Shown one piece after another: positions 9,218 to 18,268 of a DNA stretch of 64,000 bases (position 1 is its first letter; each line of letters starts with the position of its first letter). The notes beneath the pieces are model-generated. The model searched no databases. It was not told the DNA's origin and worked only from the letters and a program-made list of their open reading frames with translations. Source of the stretch: Terriglobia bacterium (GTDB lineage Bacteria; Acidobacteriota; Terriglobia; UBA7540); NCBI GenBank assembly GCA_050012175.1, contig JBEKHR010000029.1:1205-65204 (forward strand). Direction: 5' to 3'. A program made the position numbers and the translations under genes.

Positions 9218-10912
9218 ATGGCTAGCCAAACCGAAAACGTGACGACGGCGCAACTTGAAGCGCGCAAAGAGAACCCCCAGAAATCCACCGGCCCGCGCAC
9301 GGCGGAGGGCAAGAGGCGCTCGAGCCAGAACGCGCGCAAGCACGGCCTCTACTCAAACGCCAATTTCTTCTGGGACGCCGCCATCGCGCTGGGCGAAGAC
9401 CCGCGGGACTTCGAGCGTTTGTTGAAGGGCTTGGTCCTGGCGCGCCAGCCCGCCGACACCTTGGAGATGGTGCTGGTGGAGGACATCGCGCTGTTAGTCT
9501 GGAAGAAAGCCCGCCTGGACAGGGCGGAAGCCGCCGTGCAGGTGCGCAACCTGCAAAAGCACGACCTCGACCGGCGCAAGCAGTTCATCCAGGTGGGGCG
9601 GGAGATCAGCGACACCTTGCACTCCGAGGTGCGCGAAAAGGGCCTGCGAAGGACGCTCGATGCGCCGGGTAAATTCGAGCAGATTCTTTCCATTCTGGAC
9701 ATCCTGGTGGAGATGGTGGAGAAGAACGATTTCTCCCCCAACATGCAGGAGTTTCTGCGTGCCGTGTACGGCGAGCAACCAACCCTGCGGGGCGCCGGAC
9801 TCTACAACAACTACTTCAAGTTGTCGGAGATGAAGCCGGGCAGCCAGGAGTTCGAGGATGCCAAGACCTTGATGAGGGCGAGACTGGCGGAAGAAATCTC
9901 GGACGTCGCGCAGCAATACGAACTCTTCCTGCATGAGCACGTGGAAAACACGCGAGCGGCACGAATGGCCGCGACGGCGCCCTCACATGCTCAGTGGGCG
10001 GCGATCATCCGCCAGCAGAATGCCCTGCACCGGCAATTGCAACAAAAGATTCGTTTGCTGCAAGAGATCCAGGAGAAGCGGAAGAGAGAAGAAGAGCGCT
10101 TTCTGGATAACTGCGAAGCCTCCTTACGACGGAACCCTTCGGACGCACCGCGCGGGGGCCGGCAGGCCTCAAATCGAAAAAAGATACTAAATAGAGGGAA
10201 CGAACCTAAGACTTTATTGAAAAAAAACGAGTTAGCTGATACAGCCTCCTCAAAACAAACTCCTTTTTGCCTAGGAAAGTCAGCGATCAAAGCGAAAAAA
10301 AGGGGCGTTTCAAGGCAAGAAACAGCAGGCACAGGAGATTCACCCGCTGCCGGCGGCCAGTCCCCGGATCGGTCCGGTGGCGCGGGCCTGATTTGCAGGG
10401 CGGCAGTTCGTTCGAGGGGGAATAGCCGGAGAGCCAAAGAACAGGCCTGCGCCACGCGCTCGCCCCGGAGCGGGCTGGGATGTGGTATCGTAAGCAAGTT
10501 CATGAAGAAGCCGGGAGTCAGGAGAAGATGTCGCATCGGGAGACGGGCGAAAAGCTCGAAGTGGTTTACGGCATTCATGCGGTCATGGAGGCCGTGCGCA
10601 CTCGCCCGGTTGACTACGTGCTGGTCACGCAAGGCCAGCACAACCCACGCGTGCAGGAGATCATTGATGCCTGCCGGGCTCACGGCGTTAGCCTGCGTTT
10701 TGCTCCCCGGCCGGCAGTGGAGCGCGCGGCGGGTAACACGCAACATCAGAACGTTGTGGCGGCGTGCACGCCTCGAACCTATGACGACATCCAAACTCTT
10801 CTGGCACATTCCGCGAGGCCCCTGCTCGTTGTCCTTGACGGAGTGGAAGACCCTGCCAACCTGGGGGCCATTGTGCGCACGGCGGTGGCAGCCGGTTGTG
10901 ACGGGATTGTGA
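9218..10912 (+). CDS. hypothetical protein with an N-terminal STGPRT-EGK-x3-SS-x-NA-x-KHGL motif; 3' end doubtful
   Basis: The first ~310 aa look protein-like (helical; Gln/Glu/Arg-rich end). After an AT-rich segment containing A7/A8 runs (10170-10310), the frame continues as an Arg/Cys-rich tail that overlaps rlmB out of frame for about 430 nt. Confidence 0.5.
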   Translation: MASQTENVTTAQLEARKENPQKSTGPRTAEGKRRSSQNARKHGLYSNANFFWDAAIALGEDPRDFERLLKGLVLARQPADTLEMVLVEDIALLVWKKARLDRAEAAVQVRNLQKHDLDRRKQFIQVGREISDTLHSEVREKGLRRTLDAPGKFEQILSILDILVEMVEKNDFSPNMQEFLRAVYGEQPTLRGAGLYNNYFKLSEMKPGSQEFEDAKTLMRARLAEEISDVAQQYELFLHEHVENTRAARMAATAPSHAQWAAIIRQQNALHRQLQQKIRLLQEIQEKRKREEERFLDNCEASLRRNPSDAPRGGRQASNRKKILNRGNEPKTLLKKNELADTASSKQTPFCLGKSAIKAKKRGVSRQETAGTGDSPAAGGQSPDRSGGAGLICRAAVRSRGNSRRAKEQACATRSPRSGLGCGIVSKFMKKPGVRRRCRIGRRAKSSKWFTAFMRSWRPCALARLTTCWSRKASTTHACRRSLMPAGLTALACVLLPGRQWSARRVTRNIRTLWRRARLEPMTTSKLFWHIPRGPCSLSLTEWKTLPTWGPLCARRWQPVVTGL

Positions 10913-11274
10913 TTCCGCAGCGCCGCGCCGCAGGAATATCACCCGCCGTGGCGCGAGCTTCGGCCGGGGCGCTCGAGCACGTGAAGATCGCGCGGGTCAC
11001 CAACCTGGTACGCACGCTGGAGGAGATGAAAGAGCGCCAGGTATGGGTTTACGGATTTGAGGCCCAAGCCGGGAAGTCTTACCTCGATCTGGACTATGCG
11101 CAGGGCTGCGCGCTGGTGTTGGGCGGAGAGGGGGCGGGCTTGCACCGCTTGGTGCGGGAAGCGTGCGATGAACTGGCCCATATCCCCCTGCGCGGCCCCG
11201 TGCCTTCGCTCAATGTTTCCGTGGCAGCCGCTGTGGTGCTCTATGAGGCCCTGCGACAACGCGCCAGGGAATGA
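10480..11274 (+). CDS. rlmB: 23S rRNA (guanosine-2'-O)-methyltransferase, SpoU/TrmH family (RlmB-like)
   Basis: EVVYGIHAVMEA..., then the SpoU motifs VLDGVEDPANLGAIVRTA, LVLGGEGAGL and IPLRGPVPSLNVSVAAAVVLYE. The start may be the internal ATG at 10528. Confidence 0.85.
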   Translation: MWYRKQVHEEAGSQEKMSHRETGEKLEVVYGIHAVMEAVRTRPVDYVLVTQGQHNPRVQEIIDACRAHGVSLRFAPRPAVERAAGNTQHQNVVAACTPRTYDDIQTLLAHSARPLLVVLDGVEDPANLGAIVRTAVAAGCDGIVIPQRRAAGISPAVARASAGALEHVKIARVTNLVRTLEEMKERQVWVYGFEAQAGKSYLDLDYAQGCALVLGGEGAGLHRLVREACDELAHIPLRGPVPSLNVSVAAAVVLYEALRQRARE

Positions 11275-11333
11275 CTCGAAAATCGAAAATCGCAGTGAAT
11301 TTCAAGTTTCGATTTTCGAGTTTCGATTTTCGT
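11275..11333. repeat. heptad-repeat hairpin immediately after the rlmB stop (terminator-like)
   Basis: TCGAAAATCGAAAATCG ... CGATTTTCGAGTTTCGATTTTCG: 7-nt units arranged as an inverted pair. Confidence 0.6.
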
Positions 11334-11446
11334 GCTAACAACGCGAGGAAAGGCGAAATTCGACTGTTACTGCTGCAAATCGGCCGGCAACGCCAAGGCA
11401 CATGCACACATCTTATGAATAAGCGAGGCTGTGCGTAAAGGAGCGA

Positions 11447-12619
11447 ATGCCTGTGAATTCCACTTCTGCTTTTCTAAAGTCCGCCTTAACCCTGGTTCTC
11501 GCGGGTGGCTTTTGTGGCCTCAGCCTGTGTCCCTCTACCCGCGCCCAGGAAGGAGTAGCCGGCGATAACCCCGTGGTCTCGAAGCCCAAGCAAGAGCCGC
11601 CTGCTGACGCCAAATCGTCCAAGAACGAGCCGCAGATTCGGGTCACGTCGAACTTGGTGACAGCGCCGGTGACGGTGATTAATTCCAAAGGCGACTTCGT
11701 TTTCGACCTGGAGGAAAAGGACTTCGAGATTCTGGACAACGGCGTGCGCCAGCGCATTGAACAGTTCAGCCTGGAGCAGCACAAGCTGCTAGCGGTCATT
11801 GTGGTGGAAGCCAATAGCACCTCGGAGCCGCTGCTCGGCGAGGTCCGCCCCCTCGGCCCGGTTTTCTCCAGCCTGATGCTGGGGCCACAGGGAGAGGCTG
11901 CGGTGGTCACTTACGGCGATCAGATTCGCGTTGTCCAGGAATTGACCCAAGACAGCAATGAGCTGGAATCCGCCCTGCGCGGTCTCGAGGCGCGTGGCAG
12001 CTCGGCGCAGTTGAATGACGCCTTGGCGCGCGCCATCTCGCTGCTCGAAAGCCAGCCGAAGGAAAACCGCCGAGTGATCATAGCTTTTTCGGATGGCCAT
12101 GACTTGGGGAGCGAAACCCGTAAGGCAGAGGTCGTGCAACGCGCCGTGAACGCGGGGATCACGATCTACGGTCTGGGATTCAGCCCGGGGCGCGCGCTGC
12201 TGGCCAGGCAACCGAAGGCTCCGCCACCGGACCCCCTGGACGTCAACATGGCACGCCCCTTGCCTCCCAACACTGCGCCCACTCCCTCGAACGAGGAGAA
12301 AACCTGGGATGTGCCCACCCTCCCGATCGTTCCACTCATCCTGGCGAGCGGGGAAATGATCCGCTCCACGGTGGCCAAGAGCGCCCTGGAGTTCTATGCC
12401 GGGTACACCGGCGGGGTGTGTTATGCGCACTGGTCAACGAAGGCGGTGCAGGATGAGCTCAACCGGATTGCCGACGAAATCCAGAGCCAGTACGAAATCG
12501 CTTACGTGCCTCACGCGCCCAGCGAGAACGGTTTTCACCGCATCCAGGTGCACGTGGACCGAAGCGGGGTCAAGGTGCGGACAAGGGCAGGATATTTCTT
12601 AGGCGGGACCAGTCCCTAG
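11447..12619 (+). CDS. secreted VWA-domain protein (acidobacterial VWFA-related family)
   Basis: Signal peptide, then the conserved N-terminal module (IRVTSNLVTAPVTVINSKGDFVFDLEEKDFEILDNGVRQRIEQF). VWA core, and a C-terminal ...NGFHRIQVHVDRSGVKVRTRAGYF. The architecture is shared with 37717-38757 and 38864-39826. Confidence 0.8.
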   Translation: MPVNSTSAFLKSALTLVLAGGFCGLSLCPSTRAQEGVAGDNPVVSKPKQEPPADAKSSKNEPQIRVTSNLVTAPVTVINSKGDFVFDLEEKDFEILDNGVRQRIEQFSLEQHKLLAVIVVEANSTSEPLLGEVRPLGPVFSSLMLGPQGEAAVVTYGDQIRVVQELTQDSNELESALRGLEARGSSAQLNDALARAISLLESQPKENRRVIIAFSDGHDLGSETRKAEVVQRAVNAGITIYGLGFSPGRALLARQPKAPPPDPLDVNMARPLPPNTAPTPSNEEKTWDVPTLPIVPLILASGEMIRSTVAKSALEFYAGYTGGVCYAHWSTKAVQDELNRIADEIQSQYEIAYVPHAPSENGFHRIQVHVDRSGVKVRTRAGYFLGGTSP

Positions 12620-12627
12620 CAGTCTGG

Positions 12628-12691
12628 CTGTCAGCCGTCAGCTCTCAGCTATCAGCATGCTCGCTGAAAGCTGACGGCTGAGAGCTGACAG
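12628..12691. repeat. heptad-repeat hairpin between convergent genes
   Basis: CTGTCAGCCGTCAGCTCTCAGCTATCAGC / GCTGAAAGCTGACGGCTGAGAGCTGACAG. The units follow NTCAGCN with a 7-nt period. Confidence 0.6.
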
Positions 12692-12719
12692 CTTGGAGCG
12701 GCGGGGCCATCAGTTCCCT

Positions 12720-13217
12720 TCAAGAATAATCCTCGTAGGGCATCACCTCGACACGCTTCCCTGACTTCAGCTCGATCTCGGCAAGATAAGGGCGCATCGA
12801 AAGGGGATCGGCTCTCAAGACCACCACGTGAGTCACGCCCTGCTTTTTGCAGACAATGGTGAAATATCTATTTTGCTTGCCCGCCATCAGAATATTGGGG
12901 TAGGTCGTCCACTTGAGCTTCAGCTTGCGCACGCGGCGGCTCACATCCGGGCGAAATTGCATCAGCGCAATCGTCGAAAAAGGCATAACCACCGAGCCCC
13001 CAGGACACTTGAAAACCAGACTCTCCAGCGTGACTTCCAACTTGCCTGCACAATCTATTTCGATTTTCTCGGTTCCGCCCGCATATTGAAAAACTGCGTC
13101 CCTGGTGGGTTCAATTCCAAAAGCCGCGCTTGACGGAACTAGTATCATGAAGACCAGCGGCCAGATCTTCCGGGTTCGTTTTGCCCAATCTAATTTCATT
13201 AACCATTTGCTCCACAA
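12720..13217 (-). CDS. hypothetical secreted protein
   Basis: 165-aa ORF with an N-terminal hydrophobic signal (IWPLVFMILVPSSAAFG) and a protein-like composition. I recognise no motif. Confidence 0.55.
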   Translation of the reverse strand: MWSKWLMKLDWAKRTRKIWPLVFMILVPSSAAFGIEPTRDAVFQYAGGTEKIEIDCAGKLEVTLESLVFKCPGGSVVMPFSTIALMQFRPDVSRRVRKLKLKWTTYPNILMAGKQNRYFTIVCKKQGVTHVVVLRADPLSMRPYLAEIELKSGKRVEVMPYEDYS

Positions 13218-13328
13218 GCATCAAGGGCCACGCCGGCGGTTCACCTCCGGCTCACTTCCCAATTCTAACGCGGGATTACCCTCCGGGGGAATATTTCTCT
13301 CGCGGCCACGTCATGCTGCCTCGGGCCT

Positions 13329-14015
13329 TCACCGCCCGCTCGGCAAACGCGTGCCTGCCTGGGAGGGGGCGTTGTAGACGGGGACGTCAACCTCGAGGTA
13401 CCAAGGAACAGAGAGAGCACCCCAGCGCGCCGGCCGGAACGACCACCCCTCGATGCTCTTCCTTGCCCCTTCAAACAGAGAGGGAATGCCTTTTAGGATT
13501 GCCGAATCGATCACTTTGCCTTCCGCGTTTACGAGCAAGCGCAAGCGCACCGAAGGATCAGTGGAAGCGGTCTTCTCCGGCCCCGCCAATACTTCGGGAG
13601 GTTTGACTTGACGGCCGAAGTCGGATTCCGCCTGCAGGGGAGCAAGATCCATTTTCCTTATCCGCAGCGTGAAATTAACGTCCACCGCAGTTGCGAAAGA
13701 GGTGGCACCACCCTGTGCCACATACGGGCGATAACGCCACATTCGAACCCTGTCCAGCACGGCCGCCGCCAGAAGGGGGTTGCCGCTTAGCACGTGCGCC
13801 CCCACCACCGAACCGGCGGCGGAGACCTCAAGGCGCACGCGAACTCGGCCCTGAATGTAGTTCACCTTGGCCAGGGCGGGGTACTCCGGAGGGACTTGGT
13901 CCAAAAGCAGGCCTGTAGCTTTCTTGGCATCCAGGACCAGGAGTTGCTGCTCTCCCTCTGCACGCTGTGCCCAGGCGCACGGCAACTCAAGAAGGCAAAG
14001 CAGCGCGATGCTCAT
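13329..14015 (-). CDS. protein with two TonB C-terminal-like domains
   Basis: Signal peptide MSIALLCLLELPCAWAQ, taking the ATG at 14015; the ORF track extends to 14084 and would overlap acpS. Contains PEYPALAKVNYIQGRVRVRLEVSAAGSVVGAHVLSGNPLL and a second similar repeat near the C-terminus. Confidence 0.7.
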   Translation of the reverse strand: MSIALLCLLELPCAWAQRAEGEQQLLVLDAKKATGLLLDQVPPEYPALAKVNYIQGRVRVRLEVSAAGSVVGAHVLSGNPLLAAAVLDRVRMWRYRPYVAQGGATSFATAVDVNFTLRIRKMDLAPLQAESDFGRQVKPPEVLAGPEKTASTDPSVRLRLLVNAEGKVIDSAILKGIPSLFEGARKSIEGWSFRPARWGALSVPWYLEVDVPVYNAPSQAGTRLPSGR

Positions 14016-14049
14016 ACCTTTCAAGTAACGCCAGCCCGATTGGTGTACG

Positions 14050-14439
14050 CTAGCCATCGGCCTCAAAAATGACCTGAGCGACAACGTAACGGTCAGAGTG
14101 TGAAATCGATACCGCGGTGCGTGTCACTCCCATGCGGCGGGCAATTTCCTCCGCCCGACCCCGGAGGATCAACTCCGGCTTGCCGCTCGGCGCGTGAGTT
14201 ATTTCCACGTCCACCCAGCGTACCCCCTCACCCCAGCCGGTCCCCAAAGCCTTAAATGCCGCCTCCTTGGCTGCGAAGCGGGCGGCAAGCCGCTCCGCCT
14301 GGTTCTTGAACTTCCCGCAATACGCGATCTCCGCGGGCGTGCACACGCGCTTGGCAAAACGCTCGCCGTGCCTCTGGAGAGCTTCCTCGACGCGAGAGGT
14401 CTCCAATATATCGACGCCAGTCCCAACTATCATGACCAA
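14050..14439 (-). CDS. acpS: holo-[acyl-carrier-protein] synthase
   Basis: IVGTGVDILETSRVEEAL...FAAKEAAFKALGTG...GKPELILRG, with a length of about 125 aa. Confidence 0.9.
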   Translation of the reverse strand: MVMIVGTGVDILETSRVEEALQRHGERFAKRVCTPAEIAYCGKFKNQAERLAARFAAKEAAFKALGTGWGEGVRWVDVEITHAPSGKPELILRGRAEEIARRMGVTRTAVSISHSDRYVVAQVIFEADG

Positions 14440-14461
14440 GAAGCCGGTGGCTGCTCCGGGC

Positions 14462-14929
14462 TCAGCGCGCTCTCTTAACCGCGCCGGCCGCTTCCTTATG
14501 GTTCGCCGCGCGCTCGTAGGCCCTGACAGTGTAGTAAATGGCCTTGTCGAAAAACTGGCCTAACATGCGCTGGAGTTCCAGCGCCTGGTAAAGGTCCACG
14601 GCAGAGTCGATCAAGCCGGCAGCCCGAATATAATCTCGCAGATGATACTTGGTCAAGGTGAGAGCGTAAACGACCTCGCTCAGGGGGATTCCCTCGACCT
14701 CGCGTTCTTTTCCCAGCTCGGTGTAAGCTGCTTCGATGTCCTCCTCCGCTTTGCTGCTCAACCACAAGCCGAGATTCTTGTACACATTGTGGGTGCGATC
14801 GTGAATCGCTTTCCAGGAAAGTTGGTGGTAAGAGGCCGTACGCAGGTTAGACTGAAGGTTTTCGACCAAGGCACGCGTTAACTCATCTGCGTGTTGTTCG
14901 ATCATCCGGATCAGGCGATCAGATAACAT
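14462..14929 (-). CDS. hypothetical helical protein (RsbRD N-terminal-like?)
   Basis: 155-aa ORF, all-helical in appearance, immediately upstream of acpS on the same strand. The family assignment is only a weak impression. Confidence 0.5.
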   Translation of the reverse strand: MLSDRLIRMIEQHADELTRALVENLQSNLRTASYHQLSWKAIHDRTHNVYKNLGLWLSSKAEEDIEAAYTELGKEREVEGIPLSEVVYALTLTKYHLRDYIRAAGLIDSAVDLYQALELQRMLGQFFDKAIYYTVRAYERAANHKEAAGAVKRAR

Positions 14930-15037
14930 AGTTTCCCTTTCACTTATTCGGAGCTTCCAGCCCTGATATCCGGCTATTCAGCGTATCAGAGCGGCGGTCA
15001 AAGTTCAACTCGCCGCGCCACCTGGGGACCGTGCGGG

Positions 15038-16036
15038 GTGTGCTATATTCGGGTGTTGGCTCCTCCGGTTTCACAAACCGTTTCGCGTGGCGGGCTAGTC
15101 TGGATTGAGCACCCGCTCATCGGCCGTTATTCTTGGCTGGTCCATGCATTCAGTACCCGCTGGGGTGGGGTGAGCCGTGGTCCGTGTGCGGGGCTGAACC
15201 TCGGATTCACGCCGGGCGAGCCGCGCGCCAGGGTGCGGGAAAACCGGGAACTTTTCTTGCAGCAGCTTGGCGCGGAACACTTCGCGCTGGCGGCGCTCCG
15301 GCAAGTCCATTCCGCCAGTGTCTATCAAGTTCTGCGTGCAACCTGCGGCGAACTCGAGTACCGCTCCGGCGGGAATCGACTGCCTGAACAGCCTGGCGTT
15401 GCGCAACCCGCAGGGGATGCGCTGTTGACCGAGGAGGCTGGTATCCTGCTGTCGGTGAGAACCGCCGATTGCCTGCCCGTGCTGCTGGTGGACCCGAAAC
15501 ATCGAGCTGTGGCGGCAGTTCATGCCGGGTGGCGTGGCGCGCTGGCGCGCCTGGTGGAAAAGGCTGTGGGGGAGATGCGCCGCGGATATGGTTCTGAGCC
15601 TGAGAGCCTGCTTGCCGTGCTGGGTCCTTCCATCCGCGCGTGTTGTTATGAAGTGGGGGACGAGGTGGAGGAAGCGTTTTTGGGGCGCTTCCCGCACGCG
15701 CATAAGTTCTTTCGCAAGGTATCTGAACCCCCCGCCTCGCATCGCAAACAGCGTCCGCTCTCCTTCTTGAATGTGCAGCCGCCGGGCCACGAACCCGCCT
15801 GCGCGCCTCCCATTCATCTTGACCTGGTTGCCGTTGCCCAGGATCAGCTCCTGGCAGCAGGGCTTGCACCTCACCATGTCGCCACGGTGGATTTCTGCAC
15901 GGCCTGCCGCACGGACCTCTTCTATTCCTATCGCCAAGAGGGAAGCCGCACCGGCCGCATGCTGGCGGTCATCGGAATCTGTCCGAAGGCACGCCAGCGG
16001 GGAGCGCTCAGCTCGAGGCGCGAATCGGCGCGCTAG
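15038..16036 (+). CDS. pgeF: peptidoglycan editing factor PgeF / YfiH (DUF152, laccase-domain) family
   Basis: HAFSTRWGGVS...GLNLG...NRELF...QVHSASV...DALLT...ADCLPVLLVDP...AAVHAGWRG. The start (GTG at 15038) is uncertain. The 3' end overlaps the rlmN end by 29 nt (convergent). Confidence 0.85.
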   Translation: MCYIRVLAPPVSQTVSRGGLVWIEHPLIGRYSWLVHAFSTRWGGVSRGPCAGLNLGFTPGEPRARVRENRELFLQQLGAEHFALAALRQVHSASVYQVLRATCGELEYRSGGNRLPEQPGVAQPAGDALLTEEAGILLSVRTADCLPVLLVDPKHRAVAAVHAGWRGALARLVEKAVGEMRRGYGSEPESLLAVLGPSIRACCYEVGDEVEEAFLGRFPHAHKFFRKVSEPPASHRKQRPLSFLNVQPPGHEPACAPPIHLDLVAVAQDQLLAAGLAPHHVATVDFCTACRTDLFYSYRQEGSRTGRMLAVIGICPKARQRGALSSRRESAR

Positions 16037-17093
16037 GGTCGCCGGTTCGCATTCCTTCCAGGTGGAGTTGGCCGCAGGCGGCGCCAATATCCTGTCCCCG
16101 TGAAATGCGAATGTAGGCTGGAATGTGCCGTTCCGTCAGGAGGCGCTGAAAGGCTAGGACTCTCTCGAGAGGCGCGGGGCGATAAAGAAGCTCGGAGCCG
16201 GGATTGTAAGGGATAAGGTTGACCTTGGCGCGCATTCCTCGCAGCAGCTCCGCCACGCGCACGGCATCGGCGTCCGCGTCGTTAAAGCCGCCCAAAAGGA
16301 CGTACTCGAAAGTGAGCAGCTCTCGCGGGCGCAACGGATAGGCGCGGCAGGCGCGCATGAGCTCGCGGAGCGGGTATTTTCGGTTTATCGACATCAGCTC
16401 GGTCCTCTGCTGCTCGTTCGAAGCGTTGAGCGAGATGGCCAGCTTCGGACGTCTCGGGTCACGGGCAAGGTCGCGCACGCCGGGGACGATGCCCGAGGTG
16501 GAAATCGTAATGCGACGAAGCGGAATGCCAAGACCTTGAGGATCCGCGAAAATCCGGATGGCTTTCATCACTTGGGCGAGGTTCAGAAGCGGCTCGCCCA
16601 TTCCCATGAAGACCAGATTGAGCCTTGAACGGGGGGGAATCTCGCGGGCTTTTGCCACCGCCAGTACCTGTCCAAGAATCTCACCCGCAGAAAGGTTGCG
16701 CTTGAGTCCTAAGAGTGCGGTGAAGCAAAACCGGCAGTCCACGGCGCAGCCCGCTTGGCTGGAAAGACAAAGCGTGATCCGCTCTTCCTCGGGCATATAC
16801 ACCGTCTCAACGGCGGTGTTGTCCTGAAGACGCAGCAGGTAGCGGGCGGAGCCATCCTTCGATATGAACTCGCCCTGGACATCGGGATAGGTGATTTCAT
16901 AATGAGCCGCCAGGGCCTCTCTGAAATTCCTGTCGAGGTCCGTCAAGGCGGCCACATCCCTTTCCCGACGGTGGTAAAGCGCATGATAGAGCTGGCGACC
17001 GCGATAAGGCGCCTTCCCCAACGACCGCACCAGTCGTTCCAACTCCTGGCGATTAAGCCCCACAAGGTTATGGCCTGAAGTTCCGGCGTTCAT
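16008..17093 (-). CDS. rlmN: 23S rRNA (adenine2503-C2)-methyltransferase, radical SAM
   Basis: CAVDCRFC radical-SAM cluster motif, plus NLVFMGMGEPLLN and LAISLNA. 361 aa. Confidence 0.92.
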   Translation of the reverse strand: MNAGTSGHNLVGLNRQELERLVRSLGKAPYRGRQLYHALYHRRERDVAALTDLDRNFREALAAHYEITYPDVQGEFISKDGSARYLLRLQDNTAVETVYMPEEERITLCLSSQAGCAVDCRFCFTALLGLKRNLSAGEILGQVLAVAKAREIPPRSRLNLVFMGMGEPLLNLAQVMKAIRIFADPQGLGIPLRRITISTSGIVPGVRDLARDPRRPKLAISLNASNEQQRTELMSINRKYPLRELMRACRAYPLRPRELLTFEYVLLGGFNDADADAVRVAELLRGMRAKVNLIPYNPGSELLYRPAPLERVLAFQRLLTERHIPAYIRISRGQDIGAACGQLHLEGMRTGDPSAPIRASS

Positions 17094-17220
17094 AGGATGC
17101 CCTGATCTTAAGTCATGCTATCATGCTGACCGGAGCACCTCAAGCCATTGCTTCGAAAACGTCAGGCTAGGAGTGATTATGCGTAAGGCGTGGCTGCCAC
17201 GGAAGGGCGGCCGATTAGGG

Positions 17221-17248
17221 TTGACAAATGGTGCCAGAGATAAATAAT
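17221..17248 (+). promoter_or_regulatory. candidate sigma-70-type promoter for the TetR gene
   Basis: TTGACA (17221-17226), 16-nt spacer, AATAAT (17243-17248), about 32 nt upstream of the ATG at 17281. An AGGGGG SD lies at 17271-17276. Confidence 0.4.
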
Positions 17249-17280
17249 CCGTCCAGACGCTTTTTCCCACAGGGGGATTG

Positions 17281-17886
17281 ATGAGCCCACGCAGGGCCAA
17301 TCCGGAACTGGCAGAGCGCCGCCGCGAAGCTCTCCAGAGGGCAGGCTACGCGGAAGTCGTGGAGCGGGGGATCGAGGCTACGACGCTGGATTCCGTAGTG
17401 GCCAGGGCTGGCTCGAGCAAGGGGGGGGCTCTCTATTATTTCCGGACTAAAGAAGACCTCCTCTTCGGCGTCCTGGAGTGGCTGCTCCGCCAGTTGAACC
17501 GCAGCTTGGACGAGGTTGTCCATACTCAGGAACCCGCGCGCATCCGGCTCGTGGCCGAGCTGGAAGTTCTATTTCACAGCACCGAGGTCAATCGCAAGCT
17601 TTATTTGGTCTTCTTCGATTTTGTCAGCCGCGGTGCACGCTCCGAACGTTTTCGCAAGCTCTTTTCAGAGTTCTTCGGGAAGTGCCGGCAGAGGGATACG
17701 AGAATCGTGGAAGACGGAATCAGAGAGCAGCAATTCCGCCGGGTCAACCCGGTGGATGCATCTTCCACCATTCGTGCGCTGGTCGACGGTTACTGTCTCC
17801 AGTGGTTGATGGGCCCTGAGAACGTACCGGTGGAAGTTTACCGCGACCGCTGCCGGGCGGCGCTTGGCGCGTATCTCTTGCGTTAA
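17281..17886 (+). CDS. TetR/AcrR-family transcriptional regulator
   Basis: N-terminal HTH: RREALQRAGYAEVVERGIEATTLDSVVARAGSSKGGALYYFRTKEDLL. About 200 aa. Confidence 0.88.
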   Translation: MSPRRANPELAERRREALQRAGYAEVVERGIEATTLDSVVARAGSSKGGALYYFRTKEDLLFGVLEWLLRQLNRSLDEVVHTQEPARIRLVAELEVLFHSTEVNRKLYLVFFDFVSRGARSERFRKLFSEFFGKCRQRDTRIVEDGIREQQFRRVNPVDASSTIRALVDGYCLQWLMGPENVPVEVYRDRCRAALGAYLLR

Positions 17887-18268
17887 CCACAGAGCAGTGA
17901 TGAGTGATGCCGCAGACCGGGAACGCGTCAGGAGCGGAAACAGCGGAGACGGAAGGCAGTAGGCAGTGTTTTCCCCTCTACCACCCGCTGCCCGGCCAAA
18001 AATACCTGAACCCCTATTTCCCAAATCAACTCTTTCCTACGCAGCTTCGCGCGTCCGCTACCATCCGTGTTTATGCGGGTTTGAACGCGGTGCAAACACC
18101 ATAGAGGTGTACCCGCCGCGGCAACCTAATTGATCCGGACATTTGATGTGCTAACAACCGTCGTCGCCGACGGGCCTTGACCGTGCGCCAGGGTGGTGAG
18201 ACAATGCACGCAGCCGTCTTCCGAAATAAACCCGTCAGGCGCGGTGCGTTCGCCGCTGGATCATCGAG

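Noticed and set aside
15095-16087. 330-aa minus-strand ORF
   Set aside because: It is antisense to pgeF. It is Arg-rich and not protein-like.
17281-17886. The TetR regulator as the dedicated repressor of the mdtABC-OMF operon
   Set aside because: It lies more than 3.8 kb from the operon's last gene and about 13 kb from its promoter side, with unrelated genes between. The sequence gives no evidence of linkage.
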